Source: Planctomycetota bacterium
GTDB lineage: Bacteria; Planctomycetota; UBA1135; GCA-002748355
Assembly (NCBI GenBank): GCA_002685965.1
Contig: NYZE01000005.1
Location: forward strand, 1,712 to 65,711
Reading direction: 5' to 3'
DNA length: 64,000 nt
Shown here: positions 26,689 to 35,154 of the stretch, piece after piece
Layout: each line of letters begins with the position of its first letter
How positions within the stretch are numbered: the stretch's first letter is position 1
Notes under the pieces: model-generated
Seen by the model: the letters and a program-made list of their open reading frames with translations, nothing else
The model's database searches: none
Told to the model about the DNA's origin: nothing
Program-made: the position numbers and the translations under genes

Positions 26689-28929
26689 TCATCGCGCGAT
26701 CGTCAACGGCGCCGCGTTGGTCGCGAACTGGAGACCGGCACCGAGCACCGCGAACGAGTGGTAGAGAGTCAACGGTCGCACGGCCTGGGCAACCGTGAGC
26801 GGCATCGACCATGTCGCCGTTGCGCGTCCGAGGCTGTCGAGGCGCGGGATCGCGGGGTTCAGCAGAGCGCCGGGCGCCGCGAGCAGCAGGCTCGTGTACG
26901 CGTCGAACTGCACCGGCAAGCGGACCTTGCCCGCCAGGACACCTGGACGCGTGCCGGTAAAGCTGCCGAGCAGGACGGCGAAGCCTCCGGCATGGACAGC
27001 ACCGGCCTCGATCTTCATCTGCACGGTCGACCAACTGCGCGTTCGATCCAAGACGAGGCTCGGCGCGAGCGCCGGTCGCCCCGAGATCAGATGCACTGCG
27101 CCCGCATCACTGGCTGCCCCTGCTGCGCCAACGGCGAAGTCCGGGGTGCCATCGCCGTTCCCATCACCACACCCAGCGACGGTGCCGCCGAACTCGCCCT
27201 TGTCTGCGATGCCGGTGAAGCGCGCCAGGGTGTAACCGTCCCGACTGGAAAAGACGTAGGCGATGCCGCGGTGCCCGGTGGCGACATTGGCGCGCGGTGC
27301 GCCGACCACCAAGTCGGGCCGGCCATCGCCATCGCTGTCGGCAATCCCACCGACACTGGTGCCGAACCGATCGCCGAGGCTTTCGCCCTCCAGGAGCAAC
27401 AGCTCCGTCAGGTCCTTGCCCGACAACAAACGTGCCCGACCCCGACCTGCGGTCTGTGGCGCGCCAGCGATCACGTCATCGACGCCATCGTTGTTGGCGT
27501 CGCCGGCGTTGGCGATCGAAGTGCCGAGCGAGTCCCCGATCGCAGCACCACGGCGGCGCCGCAGCACCGTACCGTCGCGCCCGGATAACAGATACACCGA
27601 GCCGTCAGCGGCGAGGGCACGCCCGGGTTCGCCCGCTGCGACATCGGGCACGCCGTCGGTATTGCCATCCCCGATGATCGCGACTCCGGTGCCGAGTTCG
27701 AACAGGGAGACACCGGTCCGGCGCCACAACTCGGCGCCGGTCTTCCCCGAGTAGGCGATGACCCGGCCCGCGCTGGGAAAGTTGCCGACCGCGAGCGGCG
27801 CGCCGACCACGACGTCGGGCACCTTGTCGGCATCGAGGTCCACGCCACCGGCGGCCGCGTGACCGAAGCTCGGCCCGCTGGCGGCGTCGCGCAGCGTGCG
27901 CAGCACTCGTGGCCCTGACGCGTCGCGCAGCCACTTGCCCGAGACGACCTCGACCAATCCGTTGCCGCCCACCAGAAGGTCGTCGATCGAGTCGCCGTTG
28001 ACGTCGCCTGCACTCGCCAATGCCACGCCGAGGCCGTTGCCAGCCGCTGCGCCGGTGAAGCATCTGAGCGCCGCACCGTTGGCCCCTGACCAGACCGTGA
28101 CACGGCCGGCGTCCTTGCCGCCGCCGTCGTCACCGGGAGCGCCGCCCGCGAAGTCCGGCACCTTGTCGCCGTCCACGTCGTGCAGTCCCACCACCGCCGC
28201 ACCCAGCTGATCCCCGATGCTTGCGCGGCCATGCTCGAACAACTGACCGACCTGGGGCCTGGGGTACAGGACGTTCATCCGTCGCACGTCGAGCGCGCTC
28301 AAATAGATGCGCTGGCCGAGCAGCGGCGTGTACTTCTTGTCCCACGGTGGCCGCACCGTCATCGTCGGCTGGGCGTTGCTCGAACACTGGAAGCGGTGGT
28401 AGTGCATGATCGACTCGAAGTCGTACGGCACGTCGAACAGCTCCACATTCGTCAAGATCCTGTACTGGCTCGCGCAGTTGATGTTGGCGCTGTGCACCTG
28501 GATGTAGGTGTCGCGATCGGCACGCATGTGCTCGTGCCAGAACCCGACCGCGTGACAGATCTCGTGCATGATCGTGTACTTGCGTTCCCAGTTCGCGATG
28601 TTGATGAACTGCTGACCGCCTGTGCGTCCGATCGAAGAGCTGTTGTTGCCGGAGTTGCGGATGTGGATGTAGGCCGCCTCGGTCGTGCGCGGGATGAAGC
28701 GCAGCCCCGACACCTTCTCCCACGATCGCATCGAGTGCAGCGACCGGGCGTGGTTCTGCGGGTTGACGGCCGGATCGATGACGAAGTGCACGATGCCGTT
28801 GGGCCAGGGCCTGCCCGCCCACGTCGCGGGGCCGGGGTCGATGTGGATGCAGCCATCGACGCATCTGGCGCCCTGTGCCGGCACCGTGACTGGCAGAAGG
28901 GCCAGGACCAGCAGGGAGAGAGGGCGCAT
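26689..28929 (-). CDS. Secreted astacin-family (M12A) zinc metalloprotease fused to FG-GAP / integrin-alpha-like repeats
   Basis: 746 aa. Signal peptide MRPLSLLVLALLPVTVPAQG. Full astacin signature HEICHAVGFWHEHMRADRD and Met-turn SIMHY. At least six FG-GAP/Ca-binding units follow (DVDGDKVPDFAGGAPG, GDVNGDSIDDLLVGG, DLDADKVPDVVVGAP, GDGNTDGVPDVAAGEPG, GDANNDGVDDVIAGAP, DSDGDGRPDLVVGAP, GDGNGDGTPDFAVGAAG), then a C-terminal domain of about 130 aa. Confidence 0.85.
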   Translation of the reverse strand: MRPLSLLVLALLPVTVPAQGARCVDGCIHIDPGPATWAGRPWPNGIVHFVIDPAVNPQNHARSLHSMRSWEKVSGLRFIPRTTEAAYIHIRNSGNNSSSIGRTGGQQFINIANWERKYTIMHEICHAVGFWHEHMRADRDTYIQVHSANINCASQYRILTNVELFDVPYDFESIMHYHRFQCSSNAQPTMTVRPPWDKKYTPLLGQRIYLSALDVRRMNVLYPRPQVGQLFEHGRASIGDQLGAAVVGLHDVDGDKVPDFAGGAPGDDGGGKDAGRVTVWSGANGAALRCFTGAAAGNGLGVALASAGDVNGDSIDDLLVGGNGLVEVVSGKWLRDASGPRVLRTLRDAASGPSFGHAAAGGVDLDADKVPDVVVGAPLAVGNFPSAGRVIAYSGKTGAELWRRTGVSLFELGTGVAIIGDGNTDGVPDVAAGEPGRALAADGSVYLLSGRDGTVLRRRRGAAIGDSLGTSIANAGDANNDGVDDVIAGAPQTAGRGRARLLSGKDLTELLLLEGESLGDRFGTSVGGIADSDGDGRPDLVVGAPRANVATGHRGIAYVFSSRDGYTLARFTGIADKGEFGGTVAGCGDGNGDGTPDFAVGAAGAASDAGAVHLISGRPALAPSLVLDRTRSWSTVQMKIEAGAVHAGGFAVLLGSFTGTRPGVLAGKVRLPVQFDAYTSLLLAAPGALLNPAIPRLDSLGRATATWSMPLTVAQAVRPLTLYHSFAVLGAGLQFATNAAPLTIAR

Positions 28930-28988
28930 CCGCCCATCATAGACGGGTTACTGCACGAGGATGTCCAGCGCATCGCCGGCGCTTCCAG

Positions 28989-29001
28989 TATCGCCCACCA
29001 C
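28989..29001 (+). repeat. Direct repeat copy 2 (candidate attR): ATCGCCCACCACT
   Basis: Exact copy of 25893-25905. Lies in the 193-bp spacer between the astacin start (28929) and the HIT start (29123). Confidence 0.7.
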
Positions 29002-29122
29002 TCGGTGCGAATCCGACATCGCGCGAGTTGCGCGCAGCGTGAGGGAGGTGGTCAGGGTTTTTCGAGAGCTGCCCACCGGGGTGGGTGTGTGGCGTTCCAT
29101 GTGGCGGTCCTATGCTGACCAT

Positions 29123-29509
29123 ATGGCCAGCATCTTTGCGCGTATCGTTGCCGGTGAGATCCCCTGCCACAGGGTGTGGGAGGATGAGGATCACCTCGCC
29201 TTTCTCGATCTCAATCCGATCCAGCCCGGGCACACGCTGGTGATCCCGAAGGTGGAGGTCGCCTACCTCTTCGATCTGGAAGCGGAGGCGTTTGCGGCGC
29301 TGTGGGGGGCGGTCCGGGCTGTCGAGGCCAAGGTGCGCGCTGCGACGGCGGCGAAGCGAGTCGTCGTGGAGGTCGTTGGGTACGAGGTTCCGCACGTCCA
29401 CGTGCACCTGATCCCGACGAGGCAGCTCTCGGACTATCCGGTGCCGCCGCGCGGGAAGATGGCCGACGAGGAGCTCGCGGCGATGGCTGCGGGGATGCGC
29501 GAGGCGTAG
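29123..29509 (+). CDS. HIT-family (histidine triad) nucleotide hydrolase/transferase
   Basis: Track ORF 28961-29509. Family N-terminus MASIFARIVAGEIPCHRVWEDEDHLAFLD begins at ATG 29123. Histidine triad VPHVHVHLIP. Confidence 0.85.
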   Translation: MASIFARIVAGEIPCHRVWEDEDHLAFLDLNPIQPGHTLVIPKVEVAYLFDLEAEAFAALWGAVRAVEAKVRAATAAKRVVVEVVGYEVPHVHVHLIPTRQLSDYPVPPRGKMADEELAAMAAGMREA

Positions 29510-29878
29510 GGCGGCGTTGGCACGGAGTTCAGCCGGAGGGTGAGCTCCTGTCGAAGGCCTCGGCCCACACCGAGCTCCTCGGTGGTCGATCTGGCGGCAG
29601 GTGCCGACCCATCCTCGAAGCGGGGCCGGAAGCGGACAAGGGCTGATCTTGGCCGGTCGCCCCGGAGTTGGCCCAGAGCCCGGCGAGAAAAGCCAGTGGG
29701 ATAACCCGATTGGCGGCCCGGGCTTGCGTTTGCGCGGGCGGCCGATTGCAAGAACGTGGATTACTCGGGAGACCGGAGCCGCCCACGCCCGTTATCCTGC
29801 CCCCCCAATTCTCTGAGCGGATCCTCGCCCGACGATCCGGGGAATCTCGTCTTTCGTTAGTGAGTAAGGAGTGCCGTA

Positions 29879-30076
29879 ATGGCCAAAGGAACGATCAAGA
29901 AGTTAGTTTCCGACAAAGGGTTCGGTTTCATCGAAGGTGATGGAGTTGAGCTCTTCTTCCACAGCTCGGCCTTGCAGAACTGCAGGTTCGACGAGCTCCG
30001 TGAGGGGCAGGCCGTGGAGTACACGGCAGGCGACGGCCCCAAGGGTCCGCGCGCCGAGAGCGTCGAAATCGTCTAA
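29879..30076 (+). CDS. Cold-shock domain protein (CspA family)
   Basis: 65 aa. MAKGTIKKLVSDKGFGFIEGDG (RNP1 KGFGFI), LFFHSS (RNP2-like). AAGGAG SD 8 nt upstream. 369-bp upstream non-coding leader. Confidence 0.9.
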   Translation: MAKGTIKKLVSDKGFGFIEGDGVELFFHSSALQNCRFDELREGQAVEYTAGDGPKGPRAESVEIV

Positions 30077-30171
30077 GTAACGCCCTGGCGGCCCCACCCA
30101 CCCGTGCGATGGGGGCCACCAACGACTGGGCACGGTTTTGCACGGAACGCCCGGCGTATGTCGGAGCGCTG

Positions 30172-30200
30172 CCAACAAACGAGCCTGGCTCGTTTGTTGG
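30172..30200. terminator. Perfect hairpin between convergent csp and GDSL genes (12-bp stem after opening a 5-nt loop); no U-tract
   Basis: ccaacaaacgagcc t ggctcgtttgttgg read directly, 96 nt after the csp stop. Candidate bidirectional terminator or RNA-stability element. Confidence 0.4.
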
Positions 30201-30218
30201 TGACAACCATGAGTGAGT

Positions 30219-30252
30219 TACCGGGTCAGATTGTGTACCGGGTCAGATTGCG
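30219..30252. repeat. Short intergenic tandem duplication, 17-bp unit taccgggtcagattg(t/c)g x2
   Basis: Read directly; 16/17 identity between copies. Lies between the convergent csp and GDSL genes. Confidence 0.9.
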
Positions 30253-30303
30253 CCGAGAGCAGAGCGCGGGCGCACACGTCGGCCAGCTTCTCCCATGGCA
30301 GCT

Positions 30304-31275
30304 TTACTTCGCGAGCTTGGTGCGCAGCCAAGCGACGACTTCCCTTGCTAGCTCGAGGTGTCCCGCGGCGTTCGGATGTGGATCGCTCGGAGCAACTGCA
30401 TAGCGGGCCATGTAGTCAGTGTGGTCGATAAACGCCTCGATGTGCGGGATGCCGCGCGTGCGCGTCGCTTCGGCGATGCCCGGTGCAGCGGGCTTGCCCT
30501 TCTCGCCGATCGTGTCGATCAGCGCGAACTGGATGTCGCCACACAGCGTCTTGAACAGCTCGAGGACGTCGGCGACGTGTTTCACGCCGCTCGCAGTCAG
30601 GTCGTGTCCGATCCAGTATTCCGGCCGAACGCGGCGCCATCGGTCCAGTCCGGTCTGCGCGAAACGGCCGAGGTACGCCGTGCGAACCCACGACGGCAGC
30701 AGGACGCGCCGCTCTGTGGCCTCGGCCAGTTTGTCGACAGCGGGCACGTCGTTGTTGACCAAGGTCAGGAGTACCAGGTCCGGCTGGAAAGCCAGGCCGC
30801 GCTCCTTGAGGAAGAGGTAGCTGTTGACGAGGTTCCAGCCGGGGACGCCGGCGTTGATGACTTCGACTCGCGGATGGCCAGCGCGCAGCGTGTGATCGCG
30901 CAACTGCCGCTCCACGACACGAGGAAAGGCGTCTTTCTCGGCGACGCCGAAGCCGAATGCGATCGAATCCCCGAGCACGAGGATCCGGTACGTGTCCGGC
31001 GGCTTGGCGATGGGTGTCTCACGGTTGCGCATGCCGTGACTGCCGATGACGATCTCGTGGCCGAGGTAGCTCGCGCGTCCACCCGGCACGAGTTCGAGGC
31101 CGGCCTTGCCATTGCGGATGACCTTGCCCGCGAGCGCTTCGCGCTGCGCGACATCCTCGGCGCCGAGCGGGTCGAGCGCGCGTAGCAAGACCTCAGCCAA
31201 CGCTAGCGCGACGAACGTCGCGATTGTCGCCGCGAGCAAACGCTTCAGCAGGCGCTTGGTCTTCCCGGTCGCCAC
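30304..31275 (-). CDS. SGNH/GDSL-family hydrolase (esterase / acyl-hydrolase), membrane-anchored or secreted
   Basis: 323 aa. N-terminal TM/signal LLAATIATFVALALAEVLL; block I ILVLGDSIAFGFG. Confidence 0.75.
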   Translation of the reverse strand: MATGKTKRLLKRLLAATIATFVALALAEVLLRALDPLGAEDVAQREALAGKVIRNGKAGLELVPGGRASYLGHEIVIGSHGMRNRETPIAKPPDTYRILVLGDSIAFGFGVAEKDAFPRVVERQLRDHTLRAGHPRVEVINAGVPGWNLVNSYLFLKERGLAFQPDLVLLTLVNNDVPAVDKLAEATERRVLLPSWVRTAYLGRFAQTGLDRWRRVRPEYWIGHDLTASGVKHVADVLELFKTLCGDIQFALIDTIGEKGKPAAPGIAEATRTRGIPHIEAFIDHTDYMARYAVAPSDPHPNAAGHLELAREVVAWLRTKLAK

Positions 31276-31362
31276 TCAATGAGCCTAGTGGCGTGAGCCA
31301 GGAGTACGCCACAGATCTTTCGCGCCGAGCGCGCGGATCGTGTTCCAGCTACCCTGGCAGAC

Positions 31363-32067
31363 GTGACCGATGCGGCGCGTCATCTGGTATCGCTGAGCTT
31401 CGACGACGGCTTCCGCGCCTCGAGCATCCGCACCGCTGAGATCTTCGAGCGTCGCGGGCTCGCCGCGAGCTTCAACGTGATCGCGACGGGTCACCACGCG
31501 GACTTCTCTTCGCCGGATGCCTACCAGGACGCGATCGAGAAGGGGGACTTCGGTCTGTGGCGCGACCTCGCCGAGCGCGGCCACGAGATCATGCCGCACG
31601 GCTATCGGCACGCGAACAAGGGCGAGCTACCGTTCGCCGAAGCCCGAGACCTGGTCGAGCGCTGTCTCGAGGTGTTCGCCGCCGAGTTGCCCGCGTTTCG
31701 CGCCGAGGAGGCCGTACTGGGGCTGCCCTACAACGCGGCCAGTGACGAGCTCGCTGCCTGGCTGCCCTCTGTCGTTCGCGCTTACCGCGTCGGCGGCGAT
31801 GGCATCAACGACATGCCCGACGCGACGCTGGTGCGTTTGTCGTCTACGGTCTTCGGTCCGCGCAACGGTAACGAGGCTCACTTCTTCGCCAAGATCGATG
31901 AGCTCACCGCACGCGAGTCGGGTTGGCTCGTGTACCTGCTGCACGGCCTCGGCGAAGAAGGCTATGGCCCGGTTAGCGAGGACTTCCTCGAGGAGATGCT
32001 CGACGCCCTGTGTGAGATCGACAGCGTGGACCTCGTCACGCCGGCGCGCGCGCTCGCCCGAGCGTGA
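31363..32067 (+). CDS. Polysaccharide deacetylase (NodB-homology / CE4-like) family protein
   Basis: 234 aa. LVSLSFDDGFRASS (DD motif), IMPHGYRHANKG (His motif). Confidence 0.7.
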   Translation: MTDAARHLVSLSFDDGFRASSIRTAEIFERRGLAASFNVIATGHHADFSSPDAYQDAIEKGDFGLWRDLAERGHEIMPHGYRHANKGELPFAEARDLVERCLEVFAAELPAFRAEEAVLGLPYNAASDELAAWLPSVVRAYRVGGDGINDMPDATLVRLSSTVFGPRNGNEAHFFAKIDELTARESGWLVYLLHGLGEEGYGPVSEDFLEEMLDALCEIDSVDLVTPARALARA

Positions 32068-33415
32068 CGGCGACAACGATGCCAGCGACGAGCCCGATGC
32101 TGGAGCCAATGCCCGGGTTCCCGCCGTTGAGCCCGGTGAAGTGCATGCCGAAGTGGATCGTCAGTGCAGTCGTGGCGCTGCAGAATGCGGCGAGCGCCGA
32201 GAGGCGGCCGCGCAGATAGAGGCCGGCCACGAGCGGTCCACCAGACGCGGCGATGAGTGCGAAGATGCCTATCTGGGCGGAGATCTGCACGAGCTCCGGT
32301 GGATGGAGTGCGAGCACGGCGGTCGCGATGGCGATGAGCGTAAGCACGATGCGATTCGTCGAGACGGTCGCGCGTTTGCCGATCAGATCACCTGAAAGGG
32401 ATGCCGACAGCGCCACGATCAGTCCGTCGAGGGTGGACATCGAGGCGGCGAGGATCGTGACAGTGACTGCGGCGCCCACAGGCGCCGAGAGGAACGCCGT
32501 CGCGTAGTAGCGCGAAGCGGCTTGGTCCTGTGGAACCACCTCGTCGAGCCCGAGGCGAGCGTAGGCGCCCGCGAACAGCACCAGTGTGTAGACGGCCACG
32601 GCGGCGATCGCCGTCAGGAGCATGATGCCGACGTGCTTGCGCCCGTCGACATAGAGTGCCTTCGACAAGAGTTGCGGTTGCGTGCAAAAACCGATGACCA
32701 TGATGGTCTGTACGATCCAGACTTCGGCGTGGGTCGAGAAGAGTTGCGATTCGGGCGCCACGAGGCCGGTCGAGGCAAGGTCTTTCCAGAGGCTGCCGTC
32801 GAGCCACCATTCGATGCCGGACGCGAAGATCACGATTGCAAGGACCAGCATGATCGCGCCCTGCAACGAGTTCGTCAGCGCGTGTGCCCACGCACCACCG
32901 AAACCCGTATAGCCGAACACGAACACGACGATCAGCACGACACTCATCTGGTAGCTGATGCCGAGCGAGTCGCGCATGACGTAGCCGCAGCCGACGACGA
33001 CGAGCACCAGGTAGGAGATCTGCAGCAGTCCGAGCCCAGCGAACACGCGGCGCAGTAGCGGGCTCCGGTAGCGCTCTCCGATCCAGTGAGGCACCGTCAG
33101 TGCGCCAACGTCGGCACCGATCTCCTGGAACCGTGGGGCGAAGACCCAGAAGCCGAGACTGAGTCCGACGATCAACGAAACCCCGAAGCCGAGCAGCGCT
33201 GGCAGTCCGTCGGCGTAGACCCAGCCCGGCATGATCACGAACAACGAACTCGATGCCGTGCATGCGCCGAGCGTCAGCCCGGCCATCCATGGGTTCATAC
33301 GCCCGGAGCCGATCGCAAAGCTCTGAGTGCTCGTCGTCTTGCGGCCACCGTGCCAGGCGAGCAACGCCGTCACGAACAGGTAGACCCCGAATAGCGACCA
33401 GGCCCAAGCGAGCAC
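32036..33415 (-). CDS. Sodium:solute symporter (SSS) family transporter
   Basis: 459 aa with about 12-13 TM. N-terminus LLAWHGGRKTTSTQSFAIGSGRMNPWMAGLTLGACTASSSLF fits the SSS pattern. Begins 2 bp after the stop of the upstream GT-C gene. Confidence 0.7.
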   Translation of the reverse strand: MLAWAWSLFGVYLFVTALLAWHGGRKTTSTQSFAIGSGRMNPWMAGLTLGACTASSSLFVIMPGWVYADGLPALLGFGVSLIVGLSLGFWVFAPRFQEIGADVGALTVPHWIGERYRSPLLRRVFAGLGLLQISYLVLVVVGCGYVMRDSLGISYQMSVVLIVVFVFGYTGFGGAWAHALTNSLQGAIMLVLAIVIFASGIEWWLDGSLWKDLASTGLVAPESQLFSTHAEVWIVQTIMVIGFCTQPQLLSKALYVDGRKHVGIMLLTAIAAVAVYTLVLFAGAYARLGLDEVVPQDQAASRYYATAFLSAPVGAAVTVTILAASMSTLDGLIVALSASLSGDLIGKRATVSTNRIVLTLIAIATAVLALHPPELVQISAQIGIFALIAASGGPLVAGLYLRGRLSALAAFCSATTALTIHFGMHFTGLNGGNPGIGSSIGLVAGIVVAVTLGRARAPA

Positions 33416-33417
33416 GA

Positions 33418-34881
33418 CTACTTCTTCTTCCTGCGCATCAACAGCAATCGCTTGAGCGGGTCCGGGTGCGAACGCTCTTCGAAGAGCTCATACTTGGCGT
33501 GGAAGTCCGTCAGGGAAGCGACCGCAAGTTCGGGGCCGCGCCAGAAGGGGTTGTGGAACAGCACGAAGTCGGGCTCGGTCTCGCGGAACCACCAGGCAAA
33601 GTCGCCGCGCGACATGGCGTCGACGCCACCTTTGGTCACCAATCCCCACATGTCGATGATGCGCCAGTTCTCGAGTTCGTAGCCGAGCACGCCGATCTCG
33701 GCACACGCGATCGACGCGCCTTCGGGAAAGCGTTCGCGCAGCGACTTCGCGAGACTCGCGTAGTGTGGGTAGTAGGACACCGACTTGTAGTGCAGCGCGT
33801 TGGCGTCGCGCACGACGATCGGGCTCGGTGCGACGGGGTAGAGGTAGCCGATCACGAGGCAAGCGGCCACCGTGCGTGCCACGGCGCGCTGGTGCCATAG
33901 AACCTCGACGATCACCGCGATGCCGAGGGTCAGCGTCAGGTTGAGCGGTATGTAGTACCAGAGGTAGTTGGGCAGGTTGAGCACGGCGTAGAGCGTTGAC
34001 TGCCCGAGACCGAAGACGACCAGCGGCCAGCAAGGGTGGCGCCGTGCCAGCGCCACCGCAGAGCCGACTGCGCCAAGCGAAATGAAGCCGACTTGCCAGA
34101 CCGTGTTCCATGGCTTGTCGAGCCGGATGTTCGCGAAGTTGCCGAGCTGGCCGACGACGTTCTTGACGAAGATCCAGCCTTCGCCGTGCAGGCCGGACTC
34201 GGTCTGTGCGAGCTTGGCGCCGAGGGTCTTCGGCACGAAAGAGCCGAACAGGGACCATGAGATCGTCGCCCAGGTCAGCAGCGGGACGACGAACAGCAAC
34301 AGGGCGAACCCGAACTCGCGCCACTGCGACTTCGGCTGCGTCCAGAGATAGTGCACGCAGATCGTTGTCGCCAGGACGACGCCATCACCTCGCGTCAGGC
34401 AGAGCGCCGCGAGCAAGATGGCGCATAGCTTGAATCGCCGGCGGGTGTAGCACCACGTCGCGGCGGTCGCGAAGCCGAGGATCAGCGGCGCGTCCATGCC
34501 GATCAGCCAATAGAGATACGGCAGGGACATGACGCACGCGCATGCGACGATCGCCGCGACCCACCCGCGCGCGCTGAACAGCAGGAAGGTGAACGTCCCG
34601 GTGGCGCCGACACCGAGGCCGAAGAGCAGGACTTGCGCAAGCTCGTAGCGGCCGCCGCTGAGCCACGACGCGAGTGTCAGCAGCAGCGTGTTGCCGGTCG
34701 AGGTTGCGCCGTCGACCCATTCACCCGGGTTGTAGACCCAGCCGCGTCCCTCGAGCAGGTTGCGCGCATAGCGCAGGTAGATCATCGAGTCGTCGACCTG
34801 GCACGGTTGCTTGAGCCATGCGAGGTACAGTGCGGCCCCTGTCGTCAGCGCTACGAGGGCTACTAGGCGTCGCACGGCCAC
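33418..34881 (-). CDS. GT-C-like polytopic membrane glycosyltransferase (arabinofuranosyl/mannosyl-transferase-like N-terminal motif)
   Basis: 487 aa. CQVDDSMIYLRYARNLLEGRGWVYNPGEWVDGATSTGNTLLL (DD motif plus conserved loop seen in uncharacterised GT-C proteins), about 11 TM, soluble C-terminal domain. Confidence 0.55.
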   Translation of the reverse strand: MAVRRLVALVALTTGAALYLAWLKQPCQVDDSMIYLRYARNLLEGRGWVYNPGEWVDGATSTGNTLLLTLASWLSGGRYELAQVLLFGLGVGATGTFTFLLFSARGWVAAIVACACVMSLPYLYWLIGMDAPLILGFATAATWCYTRRRFKLCAILLAALCLTRGDGVVLATTICVHYLWTQPKSQWREFGFALLLFVVPLLTWATISWSLFGSFVPKTLGAKLAQTESGLHGEGWIFVKNVVGQLGNFANIRLDKPWNTVWQVGFISLGAVGSAVALARRHPCWPLVVFGLGQSTLYAVLNLPNYLWYYIPLNLTLTLGIAVIVEVLWHQRAVARTVAACLVIGYLYPVAPSPIVVRDANALHYKSVSYYPHYASLAKSLRERFPEGASIACAEIGVLGYELENWRIIDMWGLVTKGGVDAMSRGDFAWWFRETEPDFVLFHNPFWRGPELAVASLTDFHAKYELFEERSHPDPLKRLLLMRRKKK

Positions 34882-35120
34882 CCTGTCGGTGCGTTGACGG
34901 GACCGACGATCCGGTAGCGTGCGACGACGACTGTACCGGGAACGGAGCGGGTTTTGGGTGCCAAGGCGGAGCGAGACTAATCGCCGGTCGGCCTCGCTGC
35001 CAGCGCCAGGACCCAGCGGCCTGTGTCCGGCCGATGACAGCGGCGGAGATTCTGGCCGAGATCAGCGACAACTCAGGCCTGGCATCGCGGGCTCCTCTGC
35101 GGGGGCCGGTAGCTTCGACC

Positions 35121-35154
35121 CGTCAGAAGCGATACGTCAGAAGCGATACGTCAG
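35121..35154. repeat. Short tandem duplication, 14-bp unit cgtcagaagcgata x2.4, overlapping the radical-SAM stop codon
   Basis: Read directly: cgtcagaagcgata cgtcagaagcgata cgtcag. The last partial copy contains the TGA (35153-35151, minus strand). Confidence 0.9.

Larger units (their letters stand above)
25893..29001. mobile_element. Degenerate tRNA-Val-inserted genomic islet (about 3.1 kb): truncated integrase plus one cargo gene, bounded by 13-bp direct repeats
   Basis: tRNA 3' end, integrase fragment immediately downstream, and an exact 13-bp repeat of the tRNA 3' end after the cargo gene's start and before the HIT gene. My estimate for one same-orientation 13-mer match by chance in 64 kb at this base composition is about 1e-3. 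Confidence 0.6.

Noticed and set aside
29763-29783. B12-box-like string ACTCGGGAGACCGGAGCC, plus GCCAGTGGGATAACCC about 70 nt upstream, suggesting a cobalamin riboswitch in the 369-bp csp leader
   Set aside because: The match to the B12 box is imperfect, with an extra base. I could not find the GCCACTG element or the other conserved core helices. A cold-shock gene is not a plausible cobalamin-regulated target. More likely this is an ordinary long csp 5' UTR. An Rfam RF00174 scan would settle it.
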